Assembly (NCBI GenBank): GCA_018971685.1
Contig: JAGXAG010000005.1
Coordinates: 1,842-65,841, forward strand
Direction of reading: 5' to 3'
DNA length: 64,000 nucleotides
Origin: Patescibacteria group bacterium
GTDB lineage: Bacteria > Patescibacteriota > Minisyncoccia > Phycocordibacterales > PALSA-1337
Part shown: positions 9,056-19,366 of the stretch, piece after piece
Layout: the number at the start of each line of letters is the position of its first letter
Position numbering within the stretch: position 1 is the stretch's first letter
Made by a program: the position numbers and the translations under genes
The notes under the pieces: generated by a model
What the model saw: only the letters and a program-made list of their open reading frames with translations
What the model was told of the DNA's origin: nothing
The model's database searches: none

Positions 9056-9284
9056 ACCAATCAACTTCGCCGATTGAGTTCTGGCACGGCGCGGAGGATT
9101 AGAGAGGCATAAAATTAATCCTACCCAGTGATTCTCAATCACTAATTTATGCAGCCAAATAACCGTTCAAAAAACGGCGTTTTTTAATGTTTAAATAGTA
9201 AATTATAAACAAATTGTAATTTATAATATTTAAAATTTACTTATTATTGTTTGTTTATAATTTTAAATTTACATTACAACCAAA

Positions 9285-12200
9285 ATGACTACCACTTCCG
9301 CCCCCCGTCCCAAAAAGTATTTCTCCCGCTACCAAGCTCCATTGGCGGAGATGCCAAATTTGGTAGAAGCACAGCTTGCTTCGTTCGGTCAATTTCTGAA
9401 AGAGGGCATGCCGAATCTGCTCAAGGAATTCTCTCCGATAAAAGATTACGCCGAGAAAAAGTTCGAACTCTCGCTCGGCGGTTTCGAGATAGTCAAACCA
9501 AAGTACGACGAACATTATGCCAAGAACAACAAGCAAAATTATGAAGGACAAATAAAGGTCAAAGTCACGCTCAAGAATAAATCTTTGGCCGTGGAGAAAG
9601 AACAGGAGATGTTCCTGGCAGACTTGCCGCTCATGACCGATCATGGAACTTTCATAGTAAACGGCGTGGAAAGGGTCATAGTGCCGCAGCTTGCGCGCTC
9701 TTTCGGCGTTTTCTTCACCGGCAACGAAGCCCGCGGCAAAATATATTATGGCGCGAAAATAATCCCGGCGCGCGGCGTTTGGATGGAAATAGAGACGGAT
9801 GTCGACGGGACTATATATTGCCGTATTGATCGCAAGAGAAAATTTCCCATAACCTCGCTTTTGAGAGTACTGGGTGCCGCAAAAGATGAGGAAATCCTGG
9901 CTCTATTCAAGAACGATGTCGTCGCGGAAAAAGCTATAAAACTGACGCTCTCAAAAGACCACGCCAAAACTGTCGACGAAGCTTACATGGAGATCCACAA
10001 GCGATTGCGCGACGGCGACTTGGCTACTGCCGAGAACGCTCGTTCTTTTGTTCAGGCCATACTGAGTCCGGAAAGGTACGATATTTCCAGAGTAGGCCGT
10101 TTCCGGTTCAACAAGCGTTTCAACAAGCCCATGGATGAGAAGTCTTTGGAGCGGCGTACTGTTGACAATGACGATATAGCCACTACAGTCAAACGCGTTG
10201 CGGCATTAGCCGCGGATCCGGATATGCAGGCCGATGACATCGACCATCTAGGTTCGCGACGCGTCAGATATGTTGGAGAACTGCTTGAACAGCGCGTGCG
10301 CCTAGGCTTGACTCAAATGAAAAGAAATATCATGGACCGCATGTCCACCGTTGAGCCGGATGTCACCCTGCCGGTCTCGTTTGTGTATCCTCGGCCTCTG
10401 CAGGCGCGCATCAAAGAGTTTTTTACGACCAATCAGTTGTCACAATTCATGCAGCAATCAAACACGCTCGACGAGATCGAACATATGCGTTTGATGTCAG
10501 CCTTGGGTCCGGGCGGATTGTCGCGCGAACGCGCCGGTTTCGAAGTACGCGATGTACACCCTTCGCACTATGGACGACTTTGCCCGATACACACGCCCGA
10601 AGGACCGAATATCGGTTTGGTATTGCATTTGGCGACCTATGCCAAGATAAATGATTTTGGCATGATAGAAACACCTTACGCCAAAGTCAAAAACGGCAAA
10701 GTAACAGGGGAGATCGTCTATCTGAATGCTCTTGAAGAGGAGAATTATCGTATTGTCCACGCGGCGACGCCGCATGATGCCGATGGTAATATTACCACCG
10801 ACGAAGTCGAAGCGCGCGAGAACGGCAAACCGGTTATGGTCAGCAAAGATAAAGTCGACTTTATGGATGTATCAGCCAATCAAGCGTTTTCCATAGCCAC
10901 ATCGCTTATTCCTTTTTTGAATCATGACGATGCCAACCGCGCGCTCATGGGCTCAAATATGCAAAAACAAGCCACGCCCTGTTTGGTCCCCGAGGCCCCT
11001 ATCGTTGCTACTGGCATGGAGAAAAAGGCCGTACTAGAGACAAGTCGGGTTTTGGTGGCGCCGGAAGATGGAGAGATCATGTCCGTGGATGCCAAAGGAA
11101 TATCTTTCAAATCCGCCAAAGGACAAAAGAAAGATCTCAACCTGATCCTGTTCTCAAGAACCAACGGTTTTACCGTATTCCACCAGCGGCCGGTCGTGTT
11201 TGTCGGGCAAAAAGTTAAAAAAGGTGACATCTTGGCTGACACTTCAACTTCCGATAATGGCGAGATTGCCTTGGGTCACAATGCCTTGGTGGCGTTTATG
11301 TCTTGGTCTGGTTCAAACTACGAAGACGCTATCATACTTTCGGAGCGCGTAGTCAAGAATGCCAAATGGAGCTCTATACACATAGAAGAATTTGTAGTCA
11401 ATGTACGCGACACCAAACTCGGTCCCGAAGTTACCACTTGCGACATACCGAATGTGGGCGAGGCCAAGTTGCGCAATCTGACGGAAGAAGGCATAGTGAG
11501 AATAGGCGCCGAAGTCAGGCCCGGCGATCTTTTGGTCGGCAAGATAAGTCCAAAGAGCGAAACGCAACTCACTCCCGAGGAACGCCTGCTCAGGTCAATC
11601 TTCGGCGAGAAGGCGCGTGATGTAAAAGATACTTCAAAGCGCATGGAAAACGGCAAGCGCGGCCGCGTCATTTCTATCAAAGTGTTTTCTCGAGAAAAAG
11701 GCGACAAACTCGAATCCGGTATCATCAAGAGGATATATGTAGAAGTTGCTCAGGTCAGGAATGTCTCTGTTGGCGACAAAATGGCCGGACGGCACGGCAA
11801 CAAAGGCGTTATCTCGAGGATTTTGCCGGAAGAAGACATGCCGTACATGGAAGACGGCACGCCGATCGATGTCATCTTGACTCCTCTGGGCGTGCCTTCA
11901 CGCATGAATTTGGGACAGATTTTGGAATTGCATTTGGGTTTGGCGGCAAACTCTCTGGGCTATCAAGCAATAGTGCCGCCATTTATGGGCGCTACTGAGC
12001 CGGAGATCAAAGAGGAACTTGTCAAGGCTGGTTTTGACGCTTCGGGCAAAATGAAACTGCGCGATGGCCGCACTGGGGAATATTTCGACCAGCCGGTCGC
12101 TGTCGGTTACATGTACATCATGAAATTGCATCACATGGTCGAAGACAAGATCCACATGCGTTCGATCGGCCCTTATTCGCTCATAACTCAGCAACCATTG

Positions 12201-12473
12201 GGCGGCAAAGCGCAAGGCGGCGGCCAACGCTTCGGCGAAATGGAAGTTTGGGCGCTCTTGGGACATGGCGCCGCACATACCTTGCGCGAGATCCTCACCG
12301 TAAAGTCCGACGATATCATAGGCCGCTCCTCTACTTTCGACTCTATAGTCAAAGGCGAATTGATGAAACAGCCGAACCTGCCGGCATCGTTCAATGTCCT
12401 CTTGAAGACTTTGAGGGGTTTGGCCTTGAATGTGGAACTGCTTAAAAGGTCATCGGATGACGAAAATAATTAA
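9285..12473 (+). CDS. rpoB: DNA-directed RNA polymerase beta subunit
   Basis: GTFIVNGVERVIV, HYGRLCPIHTPEGPNIGL, GDKMAGRHGNKG, GGQRFGEME. Confidence 0.99.
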   Translation: MTTTSAPRPKKYFSRYQAPLAEMPNLVEAQLASFGQFLKEGMPNLLKEFSPIKDYAEKKFELSLGGFEIVKPKYDEHYAKNNKQNYEGQIKVKVTLKNKSLAVEKEQEMFLADLPLMTDHGTFIVNGVERVIVPQLARSFGVFFTGNEARGKIYYGAKIIPARGVWMEIETDVDGTIYCRIDRKRKFPITSLLRVLGAAKDEEILALFKNDVVAEKAIKLTLSKDHAKTVDEAYMEIHKRLRDGDLATAENARSFVQAILSPERYDISRVGRFRFNKRFNKPMDEKSLERRTVDNDDIATTVKRVAALAADPDMQADDIDHLGSRRVRYVGELLEQRVRLGLTQMKRNIMDRMSTVEPDVTLPVSFVYPRPLQARIKEFFTTNQLSQFMQQSNTLDEIEHMRLMSALGPGGLSRERAGFEVRDVHPSHYGRLCPIHTPEGPNIGLVLHLATYAKINDFGMIETPYAKVKNGKVTGEIVYLNALEEENYRIVHAATPHDADGNITTDEVEARENGKPVMVSKDKVDFMDVSANQAFSIATSLIPFLNHDDANRALMGSNMQKQATPCLVPEAPIVATGMEKKAVLETSRVLVAPEDGEIMSVDAKGISFKSAKGQKKDLNLILFSRTNGFTVFHQRPVVFVGQKVKKGDILADTSTSDNGEIALGHNALVAFMSWSGSNYEDAIILSERVVKNAKWSSIHIEEFVVNVRDTKLGPEVTTCDIPNVGEAKLRNLTEEGIVRIGAEVRPGDLLVGKISPKSETQLTPEERLLRSIFGEKARDVKDTSKRMENGKRGRVISIKVFSREKGDKLESGIIKRIYVEVAQVRNVSVGDKMAGRHGNKGVISRILPEEDMPYMEDGTPIDVILTPLGVPSRMNLGQILELHLGLAANSLGYQAIVPPFMGATEPEIKEELVKAGFDASGKMKLRDGRTGEYFDQPVAVGYMYIMKLHHMVEDKIHMRSIGPYSLITQQPLGGKAQGGGQRFGEMEVWALLGHGAAHTLREILTVKSDDIIGRSSTFDSIVKGELMKQPNLPASFNVLLKTLRGLALNVELLKRSSDDENN

Positions 12474-12494
12474 TAAGCCCTTAACAAGACAACC

Positions 12495-15400
12495 ATGCCC
12501 ACGCAAACTATCCAAACAAAAAAACCGCACGATCCGCAGGATTTCGATATCATCAAACTAACTTTAGCGTCGCCGGAAAAGATCCAGGAATGGTCGTTCG
12601 GCGAAGTGACCAAGCCGGAGACTATCAATTACAGGACGCAAAGATCCGAGAAAAGCGGTTTGTTCGACGAGCGTATATTCGGGCCGGATAGAGACTATGA
12701 ATGCTACTGCGGCAAATACAGAGGCATCAGATATAAAGGCATTGTCTGCGAGAAATGCGGTGTTGAGATAACCCGTTCTATTGTCAGGCGCGAAAGAATG
12801 GGCCACATAGAACTTGCAACACCGGTGTCGCATGTGTGGTTCTTGAGAAGCGTTCCTTCCAGGATCAGCTTGGTTCTAGGCATGACCTCGGCGGATTTGG
12901 AAAGAGTTGTATATTTTGCCGGCTATATCGTAACTAAAGTGCACGAACAGGAAAAGACCAAATTTTTGAAAGAGCTGGATGGCGAATACAAGGTCAAGGT
13001 GAAAACCGCCCAGGACGATAAGACCAAAGAAGCGCTTAAAGAATTGTTGCTTTCCGCGCGGCGCGAGATCGAAACGATCACGCCCGGTTTTGTCATGGAC
13101 GAGGTTGCGTATCATAAATATGCCCTGAAATATGGCTCACTGTTCGAGTCTGGCATAGGCGCCGAAGCGATCTACGAAATATTGAAGAAGATAGACATGC
13201 CCAAGCTCAAAGAAGAATTGGAAAAAACATACGAGGCGTCCGGTGCCGCCGAACGCGAAAGGATCGCCAAGCGTCTTTCATTGGTGAAACAGATGATCAA
13301 GGCCGATTTGCGGCCTGAGTGGATGTTCCTGACAAAGATACCGGTGATTCCGCCCGGACTGAGGCCGATGGTCGCTCTTGACGGCGGCCGTTTTGCGACC
13401 TCCGATGTCAATGATTTGTATCGCCGTGTCATCAACCGCAACAACCGTCTGCTCAAGTTACGGGAAATCAACGCGCCGGAAGTTATATTGCGCAACGAAA
13501 AACGCATTTTGCAGGAAGCCGTGGACGCGCTCATAGACAATTCCATCCGCCACAGTTCGTCCGCCGGTGCCGCTGCCATCGCGGCTCAGAAGCGCGCGTT
13601 GAAATCACTCTCCGATTCGCTCAAATCAAAGCGTGGATTGTTCCGCCAAAATCTTTTGGGAAAGCGCGTAGATTATTCCGGCCGTTCCGTCATCGTCGTA
13701 GGTCCTGAATTGCGCCTGGACCAATGCGGCTTGCCCAAGCATATGGCTCTCGAATTGTTCCGCCCGTTTGTCATTTCCGGATTGCTAAAGAGGGAACTGG
13801 CGTACAACATTCGCGGCGCCAATCGCCTGATAGACGATGGCGCCAAGGAGGTTTGGGAGATATTGGAAGAAGTGATCAAAGGCAAATATGTACTTTTGAA
13901 CCGCGCACCGACTTTGCACCGCTTGGGCATCCAAGCCTTCCAGCCGATCTTGATCGAAGGCAACGCTATCCAGGTTCATCCTTTGGTTTGCACCGCGTTC
14001 AATGCCGACTTCGATGGCGATCAGATGGCCGTGCATATACCGCTTTCGGCCGAAGCTCAGCTCGAAGCCAAGGAAATCATGGCTTCGGACAAGAATATCT
14101 TGAAACCCGGCAATAATGATCCAACAGTTGTAGCCAAGATGCTCGACATAGTGCTCGGTTGTTTCTGGGTGACGAAGGCAGTTCCGAAGGCTGACGGCAA
14201 CGCCAGATATTTCGAATCGCCGGAAGCCGCCGTGAGAGCTTATGATTTCAATGTGGTCGGTTTGCGCGAGCCGGTAAAGATCATGACCCCAAAAAATGAC
14301 AAATATGCCCAGTTCAGCGAGCAATTGTTAGAGACAACGGTTGGCAGAATACTATTCAATGCGGTTTTGCCGGAGGATTACCCGTTCGTTAATGAAGAAG
14401 TTGGTCGCAAGCGTTTGGGTGCGACCATCGATGACATGATCGCCTTGCACGGAGCCGAAAATATTTCGCCTATCCTGGACAAGATCAAAAATTTCGGTTT
14501 CGGCTATACCACTTATTCCGGTACGACCTGGGGTATCGATGATATAAAGATCCCGGAATCAAAGGACAAGATCATTGCCGGCGCCAAGCGATTGGCCAAT
14601 CTGACCACCGAACAGTTCAACGAAGGACTTTTGACGGAAGAAGAGCGGATAAGGAAGCACATCGAGATTTGGCAAAAAGCAAAAAGCGAAGTTGAGAAAT
14701 CAATACCCCCGTCTCTCGACAAAATGGGCTCGGTTTACGATATGATCACCTCCGGCGCCCGCGGCTCGCTCTCGCAGATTACCCAAATGGCCGGGATGAA
14801 AGGCTTGATCTCATCGGTTTCAGGCGCGACTATCGAATTTCCGATATTATCGTGCTCCAAGGAAGGCTTAACCCCGATCGAATACTTTATTACGACTCAC
14901 GGTTCGCGCAAGGGTCTTACCGATACGGCTCTGAATACCGCCAAAGCAGGATACCTTACCCGTAAACTTTTCGTAGTGGCGCAAGACGTGGTCGTCTCTG
15001 AAGGCGATTGCGGTACAAAAGAATCAATTGTCATACGCAGACAGACTGCTTCGGGCATGAATATACCTTTGAGTAAGAGCGTTAGAGGCAGGGTGCTGGC
15101 TGAAACGGTGAAAAATTCCGCCGGCGAGACATTGTTCGAGAAAGGCCACTTAATAACCAAAAGCGACGCGCAAAAGATCGAAGACGCGGAAATAAGCGAT
15201 GTGCGCGTGCGCTCACCCCTATCGTGCAAAACGCCGCGCGGTGTTTGCGCGCAATGTTACGGTCTTGACCTGGGCAAGAATCGCCTGGTGGAGCTCGGCG
15301 AAGCGGTCGGCACCGTGGCCGCGCAAGCGATCGGCGAGCCGGGTACTCAGCTAACCATGAGGACTTTCCATGCCGGCGGCACAGCGTCGCAAGGCGGAGA

Positions 15401-16172
15401 TATAACCGCTGGATTGCCGCGCGTTGAGGAAATATTCGAGAAGAGAAGGCCGAAGACGCCGGCGGTAGTGGCCACCGTGGATGGTGTTGTTGTGGAAGTC
15501 AAAGATATGGGCAGGGAAAAGCTCATTCGCGTTTTGCCAGAATTGGAAGGCCAAGGCAAGAAGAAGCCGAGCGAAGTTGAGTATATATTTCCCTATCGTA
15601 GAACGACGCTGGTGCGCGTGGGCGACCGCGTCAGGAAAGGCGATCTATTGACTGATGGTTCCGCCGATATTGATGAAGTTTTCAATCATGGCGGCGAAGA
15701 GCGTGCCAAGGATTATGTCATAACCGAGGTTGGTAAAATATACGAACTTCAAGGCGAAACGGTCTCGCGCAAGCACATAGAAATCATCGTCAAACAAATG
15801 TTCTCCCGCCGGCGTGTTATCGATGGCGGCGGTACCAACCTGAATGAAGGCATGATCGTGGATGACGAACAATTGTCCCGAGAGAACGCCGCGGCCAAAG
15901 CCAAGGACGGTAACCCGGCCAAAGTTGAAAAAGTGGTTATGGGTATCACCGAAACTTCGCTCACCCGCCAGAGCTTCTTATCCGCGGCCTCGTTCCAGCA
16001 CACCACGCGCGTCTTGATCGCCAATGCCGTTCGCGCGGCGGAAGACGATCTCAAAGGCCTGATGGAAAATGTCATTATCGGCCGTCTCGTTCCGGCCGGA
16101 ACCGGATTTGACGGATCACCGAAGCAGGAGATGATAAGGGCGGGCGCGCCGAAGGAGGTTATTGAAGATTAA
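12495..16172 (+). CDS. rpoC: DNA-directed RNA polymerase beta' subunit
   Basis: Zn ribbon CYCGKY...CEKC, GKRVDYSGRSVI, NADFDGD, IGEPGTQLTMRTFH. Confidence 0.99.
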   Translation: MPTQTIQTKKPHDPQDFDIIKLTLASPEKIQEWSFGEVTKPETINYRTQRSEKSGLFDERIFGPDRDYECYCGKYRGIRYKGIVCEKCGVEITRSIVRRERMGHIELATPVSHVWFLRSVPSRISLVLGMTSADLERVVYFAGYIVTKVHEQEKTKFLKELDGEYKVKVKTAQDDKTKEALKELLLSARREIETITPGFVMDEVAYHKYALKYGSLFESGIGAEAIYEILKKIDMPKLKEELEKTYEASGAAERERIAKRLSLVKQMIKADLRPEWMFLTKIPVIPPGLRPMVALDGGRFATSDVNDLYRRVINRNNRLLKLREINAPEVILRNEKRILQEAVDALIDNSIRHSSSAGAAAIAAQKRALKSLSDSLKSKRGLFRQNLLGKRVDYSGRSVIVVGPELRLDQCGLPKHMALELFRPFVISGLLKRELAYNIRGANRLIDDGAKEVWEILEEVIKGKYVLLNRAPTLHRLGIQAFQPILIEGNAIQVHPLVCTAFNADFDGDQMAVHIPLSAEAQLEAKEIMASDKNILKPGNNDPTVVAKMLDIVLGCFWVTKAVPKADGNARYFESPEAAVRAYDFNVVGLREPVKIMTPKNDKYAQFSEQLLETTVGRILFNAVLPEDYPFVNEEVGRKRLGATIDDMIALHGAENISPILDKIKNFGFGYTTYSGTTWGIDDIKIPESKDKIIAGAKRLANLTTEQFNEGLLTEEERIRKHIEIWQKAKSEVEKSIPPSLDKMGSVYDMITSGARGSLSQITQMAGMKGLISSVSGATIEFPILSCSKEGLTPIEYFITTHGSRKGLTDTALNTAKAGYLTRKLFVVAQDVVVSEGDCGTKESIVIRRQTASGMNIPLSKSVRGRVLAETVKNSAGETLFEKGHLITKSDAQKIEDAEISDVRVRSPLSCKTPRGVCAQCYGLDLGKNRLVELGEAVGTVAAQAIGEPGTQLTMRTFHAGGTASQGGDITAGLPRVEEIFEKRRPKTPAVVATVDGVVVEVKDMGREKLIRVLPELEGQGKKKPSEVEYIFPYRRTTLVRVGDRVRKGDLLTDGSADIDEVFNHGGEERAKDYVITEVGKIYELQGETVSRKHIEIIVKQMFSRRRVIDGGGTNLNEGMIVDDEQLSRENAAAKAKDGNPAKVEKVVMGITETSLTRQSFLSAASFQHTTRVLIANAVRAAEDDLKGLMENVIIGRLVPAGTGFDGSPKQEMIRAGAPKEVIED

Positions 16173-16218
16173 AGATCTGCTATTTAAGATTTATGAGTCG
16201 TTGGATTATAATTCACTC

Positions 16219-18120
16219 ATGAATCACACAACCGTCGAAGAGATAAAAGCCAAATTGACGATCGAGGATGTTATCGGATCGTATGTCAAGCTGGAAAAAG
16301 CCGGCAAATCATTCAAGGCAAGATGCCCGTTCCACAACGAGAAAACCGCCAGCTTTTTCGTCTCGCCTGAACGAGGCGGCTACTATTGTTTCGGTTGCGG
16401 CGCCAAGGGCGACATCTTCAGTTTCGTCGAACAATTCGAGGGCCTCGATTTTCGCGGGGCTTTGAAGTTATTGGCCGAAAAAGCCGGCGTCACTCTCTCA
16501 TTCGACCGCAAAGCCGACAGTGAACGCGACATGTTTTTGCAAGCCACGGAAGAGGCCGCCAAGTATTTCGAAACGCAATTCGATAAGTCAAAAGCCCCGC
16601 AAGCGTATGTCAAAAGCCGCGGAATCTCCGACGCCACCCGCAAATCATTCCGCATCGGTTGGGCTCCCGACGGCTGGCGCAACCTATCCGTTTACCTCAA
16701 AGGCAGAGGTTACAGCGACGCCATTCTCGAAAAAGTCGGTTTAATAAAGCGCAAGGATTCAAGTTCAATTATTGTAGACAAGTCCGCCGCTCTCGAAGCC
16801 GGTACTCCCTCCGCGAGCCTTACCGGCGGGATGCGACGCGGCTCGACGGGGGGAGCCGTCGGCAAAGAGAGCGGCGGGCTCGGAACCTCGAACGCTCTCA
16901 GTAATAACTACGACCGTTTTCGCGGCCGAATCATGTTTCCGATAAGCGATTCCAGCGGCCGCGTTATTGCATTTTCCGGCAGGATCCTGCATGACGACGG
17001 CAAATCGGCCAAGTACTTGAACAGTCCCGACACGCCGCTTTACGACAAATCAACCGTTCTCTACGGCCTCGACAAGGCCAAAAGCGAGATTCGACGCCTC
17101 AACTATTCCATTCTCGTCGAAGGCCAAATGGACCTCGTTATGTCCCACCAGTCCGGCATCAAAAATACTGTCGCCGCTTCCGGCACCGCCCTTTCCGACG
17201 AAACATTCAATGAAAATGGCATAATCAGCAATCTTGGCCTGGTCAGGCGACTGTCGCCAAACATCATCATAGCTTTTGATTCGGACGCTGCCGGTCGCAA
17301 AGCCGCTTTGCGCGCTTCCGGCATCGCGCTTTCGCTCGGCATGGATGTCAAAATCGCCGATATTGTCGGCGGCAAAGATCCTGCCGACCTGATCAAGGAA
17401 AATGCCGATAATTGGAAAGCGGTATTGCGCGCCGCCAAGCCGATCATCGAATTTGAATTGAATAATGTCATGCGCGAAGTCGCCGATGCGCGCAAGCTGC
17501 CCAAGGCTCTGGAGGAGCGCGTTCTGCCGTTATTGGCGAAAATCGAAAGCGGCGGCGACAGGTCGTATTTTGTGCAAATGATAGCCGTCAAAGCTAAGAT
17601 ACCGATCGACATTGTCTGGCAGGATTTGCGGATCGTCGAGGGTCGTACAAAGGCAGCTGACAGGTCCGGGCACGCAAATCTGGCCGCGGCCGTTCACACT
17701 TCCGGTGAACAGAACAAGAGGATAGATCTGATAGAAAGACGGTTATTTGGCTTGTTAAATTTGATGGAAAAGGACGGCATGTCGCAAGCCGAAGATATTA
17801 GAAAGGAAATGGAAAAATTGGCCGGCAATTCATTCGAGGCGCGGAAAGAACGCGCGAAAAAAATCATGGATGATCTGGCATTCGAGGCGGAAGCTTTCTT
17901 TGGCGGAGATAAAACAGGTTGGCAAAAGAACGCGCGGGAATTACTGTTCAATTTCGAGGAGGATATAATAAATGAAGAATTGATCCAAGCTATGCAAGAA
18001 TTAAGAGCCGTCGAAATCGCCGGCAACAGGGAACTCTTGGCCGAATTGGCGAAAAAGTGCCAAGCGCTTTCCGTCCGCAAAGCGGAGATCGGCCGTCGCA
18101 GGACGAAAATATCAAATTAA
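16219..18120 (+). CDS. dnaG: DNA primase
   Basis: CPFH.EKT.SF...CFGC zinc finger, DRFRGRIMFPI, KYLNSPDT, VEGQMD, FDSDAAG; ATG16219 follows TATAAT. Confidence 0.97.
   Translation: MNHTTVEEIKAKLTIEDVIGSYVKLEKAGKSFKARCPFHNEKTASFFVSPERGGYYCFGCGAKGDIFSFVEQFEGLDFRGALKLLAEKAGVTLSFDRKADSERDMFLQATEEAAKYFETQFDKSKAPQAYVKSRGISDATRKSFRIGWAPDGWRNLSVYLKGRGYSDAILEKVGLIKRKDSSSIIVDKSAALEAGTPSASLTGGMRRGSTGGAVGKESGGLGTSNALSNNYDRFRGRIMFPISDSSGRVIAFSGRILHDDGKSAKYLNSPDTPLYDKSTVLYGLDKAKSEIRRLNYSILVEGQMDLVMSHQSGIKNTVAASGTALSDETFNENGIISNLGLVRRLSPNIIIAFDSDAAGRKAALRASGIALSLGMDVKIADIVGGKDPADLIKENADNWKAVLRAAKPIIEFELNNVMREVADARKLPKALEERVLPLLAKIESGGDRSYFVQMIAVKAKIPIDIVWQDLRIVEGRTKAADRSGHANLAAAVHTSGEQNKRIDLIERRLFGLLNLMEKDGMSQAEDIRKEMEKLAGNSFEARKERAKKIMDDLAFEAEAFFGGDKTGWQKNARELLFNFEEDIINEELIQAMQELRAVEIAGNRELLAELAKKCQALSVRKAEIGRRRTKISN
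16769..16907. repeat. Nested-hairpin in-frame insertion in dnaG
   Basis: AGTCCGCCGCTCTC pairs with GAGAGCGGCGGGCT, with further inner stems; adds ~45 aa between GLIK and YDRFRGR. Confidence 0.7.
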
Positions 18121-18199
18121 GTCCTTGATGTGTCTCATATCAAGAACCGGCCTGGATATTTTCACCCTTGACCGCTTGTAAATATGCTACAATATAGCT

Positions 18200-18931
18200 A
18201 TGCAGTCATACGCCATCAGACCTAGCGCGCTTATACTCGATCCGCCGACGGGCCGCGAGTACATACTCACGATCCGCGATTTGCCTGCGGAAGAAAAGCC
18301 GCGTGAAAAGCTGATTTTGCAAGGACCGGAAGCTTTGAGCATACGGGAGCTCATGGCTGTGGTTTTTACGACCGGCACTGTCAAGGAAGATGTCCTGGAA
18401 ATGGCCGATCGCGTGGTTCGAGAATATGGCGAAAGGACCATATTGGCCGAACGGGATCCGGAAAAGTTATCGCGCGAGTCAAAATTGCCGATTGTCAAAG
18501 CGTGCCAAGTCGTAGCTGTCGGCGAGCTTGGCAGGCGCTTTTACGATCGTAACCAATCCGGCTTCACAACCATACGGAATGCCAAGGAAGCGTACGAATA
18601 TCTGCATGATATGCGCAATTTATCCAAAGAGCATCTGCGGGGACTTTATCTGAACAGCCGCAACCGTGTTATCAGAGATGAAGTTATATCCATCGGTACT
18701 GTCAATTCCAACATAGTACATCCGCGCGAAGTTTTCAGGCCTGGCATAGAATACAATGCCGCCGCCGTGATCTTGGCGCACAATCATCCTTCTGGAGATG
18801 CGGCGCCCAGCGATGAAGACACAAAGATAACCGAACAGCTTATCAGAGCTGGGAAAATTCTGGGCATATCGATACTCGACCATATTATCGTCGCGAAAGA
18901 CGCCTTCGCCAGCGTTAAGGCGGACTATTAA
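18200..18931 (+). CDS. radC: RadC family (JAB/MPN domain) protein
   Basis: EKPREKL..G.EALS..EL, KEHLRGLYLN, VHPREVF, AHNHPSGD..PS.ED, LDHII. Confidence 0.93.
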   Translation: MQSYAIRPSALILDPPTGREYILTIRDLPAEEKPREKLILQGPEALSIRELMAVVFTTGTVKEDVLEMADRVVREYGERTILAERDPEKLSRESKLPIVKACQVVAVGELGRRFYDRNQSGFTTIRNAKEAYEYLHDMRNLSKEHLRGLYLNSRNRVIRDEVISIGTVNSNIVHPREVFRPGIEYNAAAVILAHNHPSGDAAPSDEDTKITEQLIRAGKILGISILDHIIVAKDAFASVKADY

Positions 18932-18935
18932 CAAA

Positions 18936-19277
18936 ATGATCAGGGATTACCAGGTAGTTTCTCCGTCACTTGACGGAGTTTTGACGCGTGAGACTTTGGC
19001 TTACGATGGTTTGGAAAGGCCGGATGGATTGGATCGATTGTTCGACAGATCGCCGGAATATGAACTAACCGATCTTAACGAATCATCGGATAGGCGTTGT
19101 GCCATCGAACAGTATTTCCACGACCTGTACGGCATTCTCGTCAAGAACATTTCCCAATTCGCCATCGAATCCGAGCCGACGCCGGACGAGTCGGTAAGAT
19201 TGATTGCCATGCTGCAAGAGTTTGTGAAAGTGAAAGGGTTGCTGGTTAGCGGCACGCCAAGATCCGTCCCGCAATAA
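18936..19277 (+). CDS. Hypothetical protein (113 aa)
   Basis: ATG 4 nt after the radC stop, fills the gap, followed by hairpin 19295-19325. Confidence 0.55.
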   Translation: MIRDYQVVSPSLDGVLTRETLAYDGLERPDGLDRLFDRSPEYELTDLNESSDRRCAIEQYFHDLYGILVKNISQFAIESEPTPDESVRLIAMLQEFVKVKGLLVSGTPRSVPQ

Positions 19278-19366
19278 GTGTAGTAAATAAAAAAGGTGTC
19301 GCATCTCGCAGGTAAGATGCGATGCTTAGACTTTCAATTTTTCTCGCCAGAATGTAAACTGTCGTC

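Noticed and set aside
8171-9142. 323-aa minus-strand ORF
   Set aside because: Antisense shadow of trmD with no recognisable motifs
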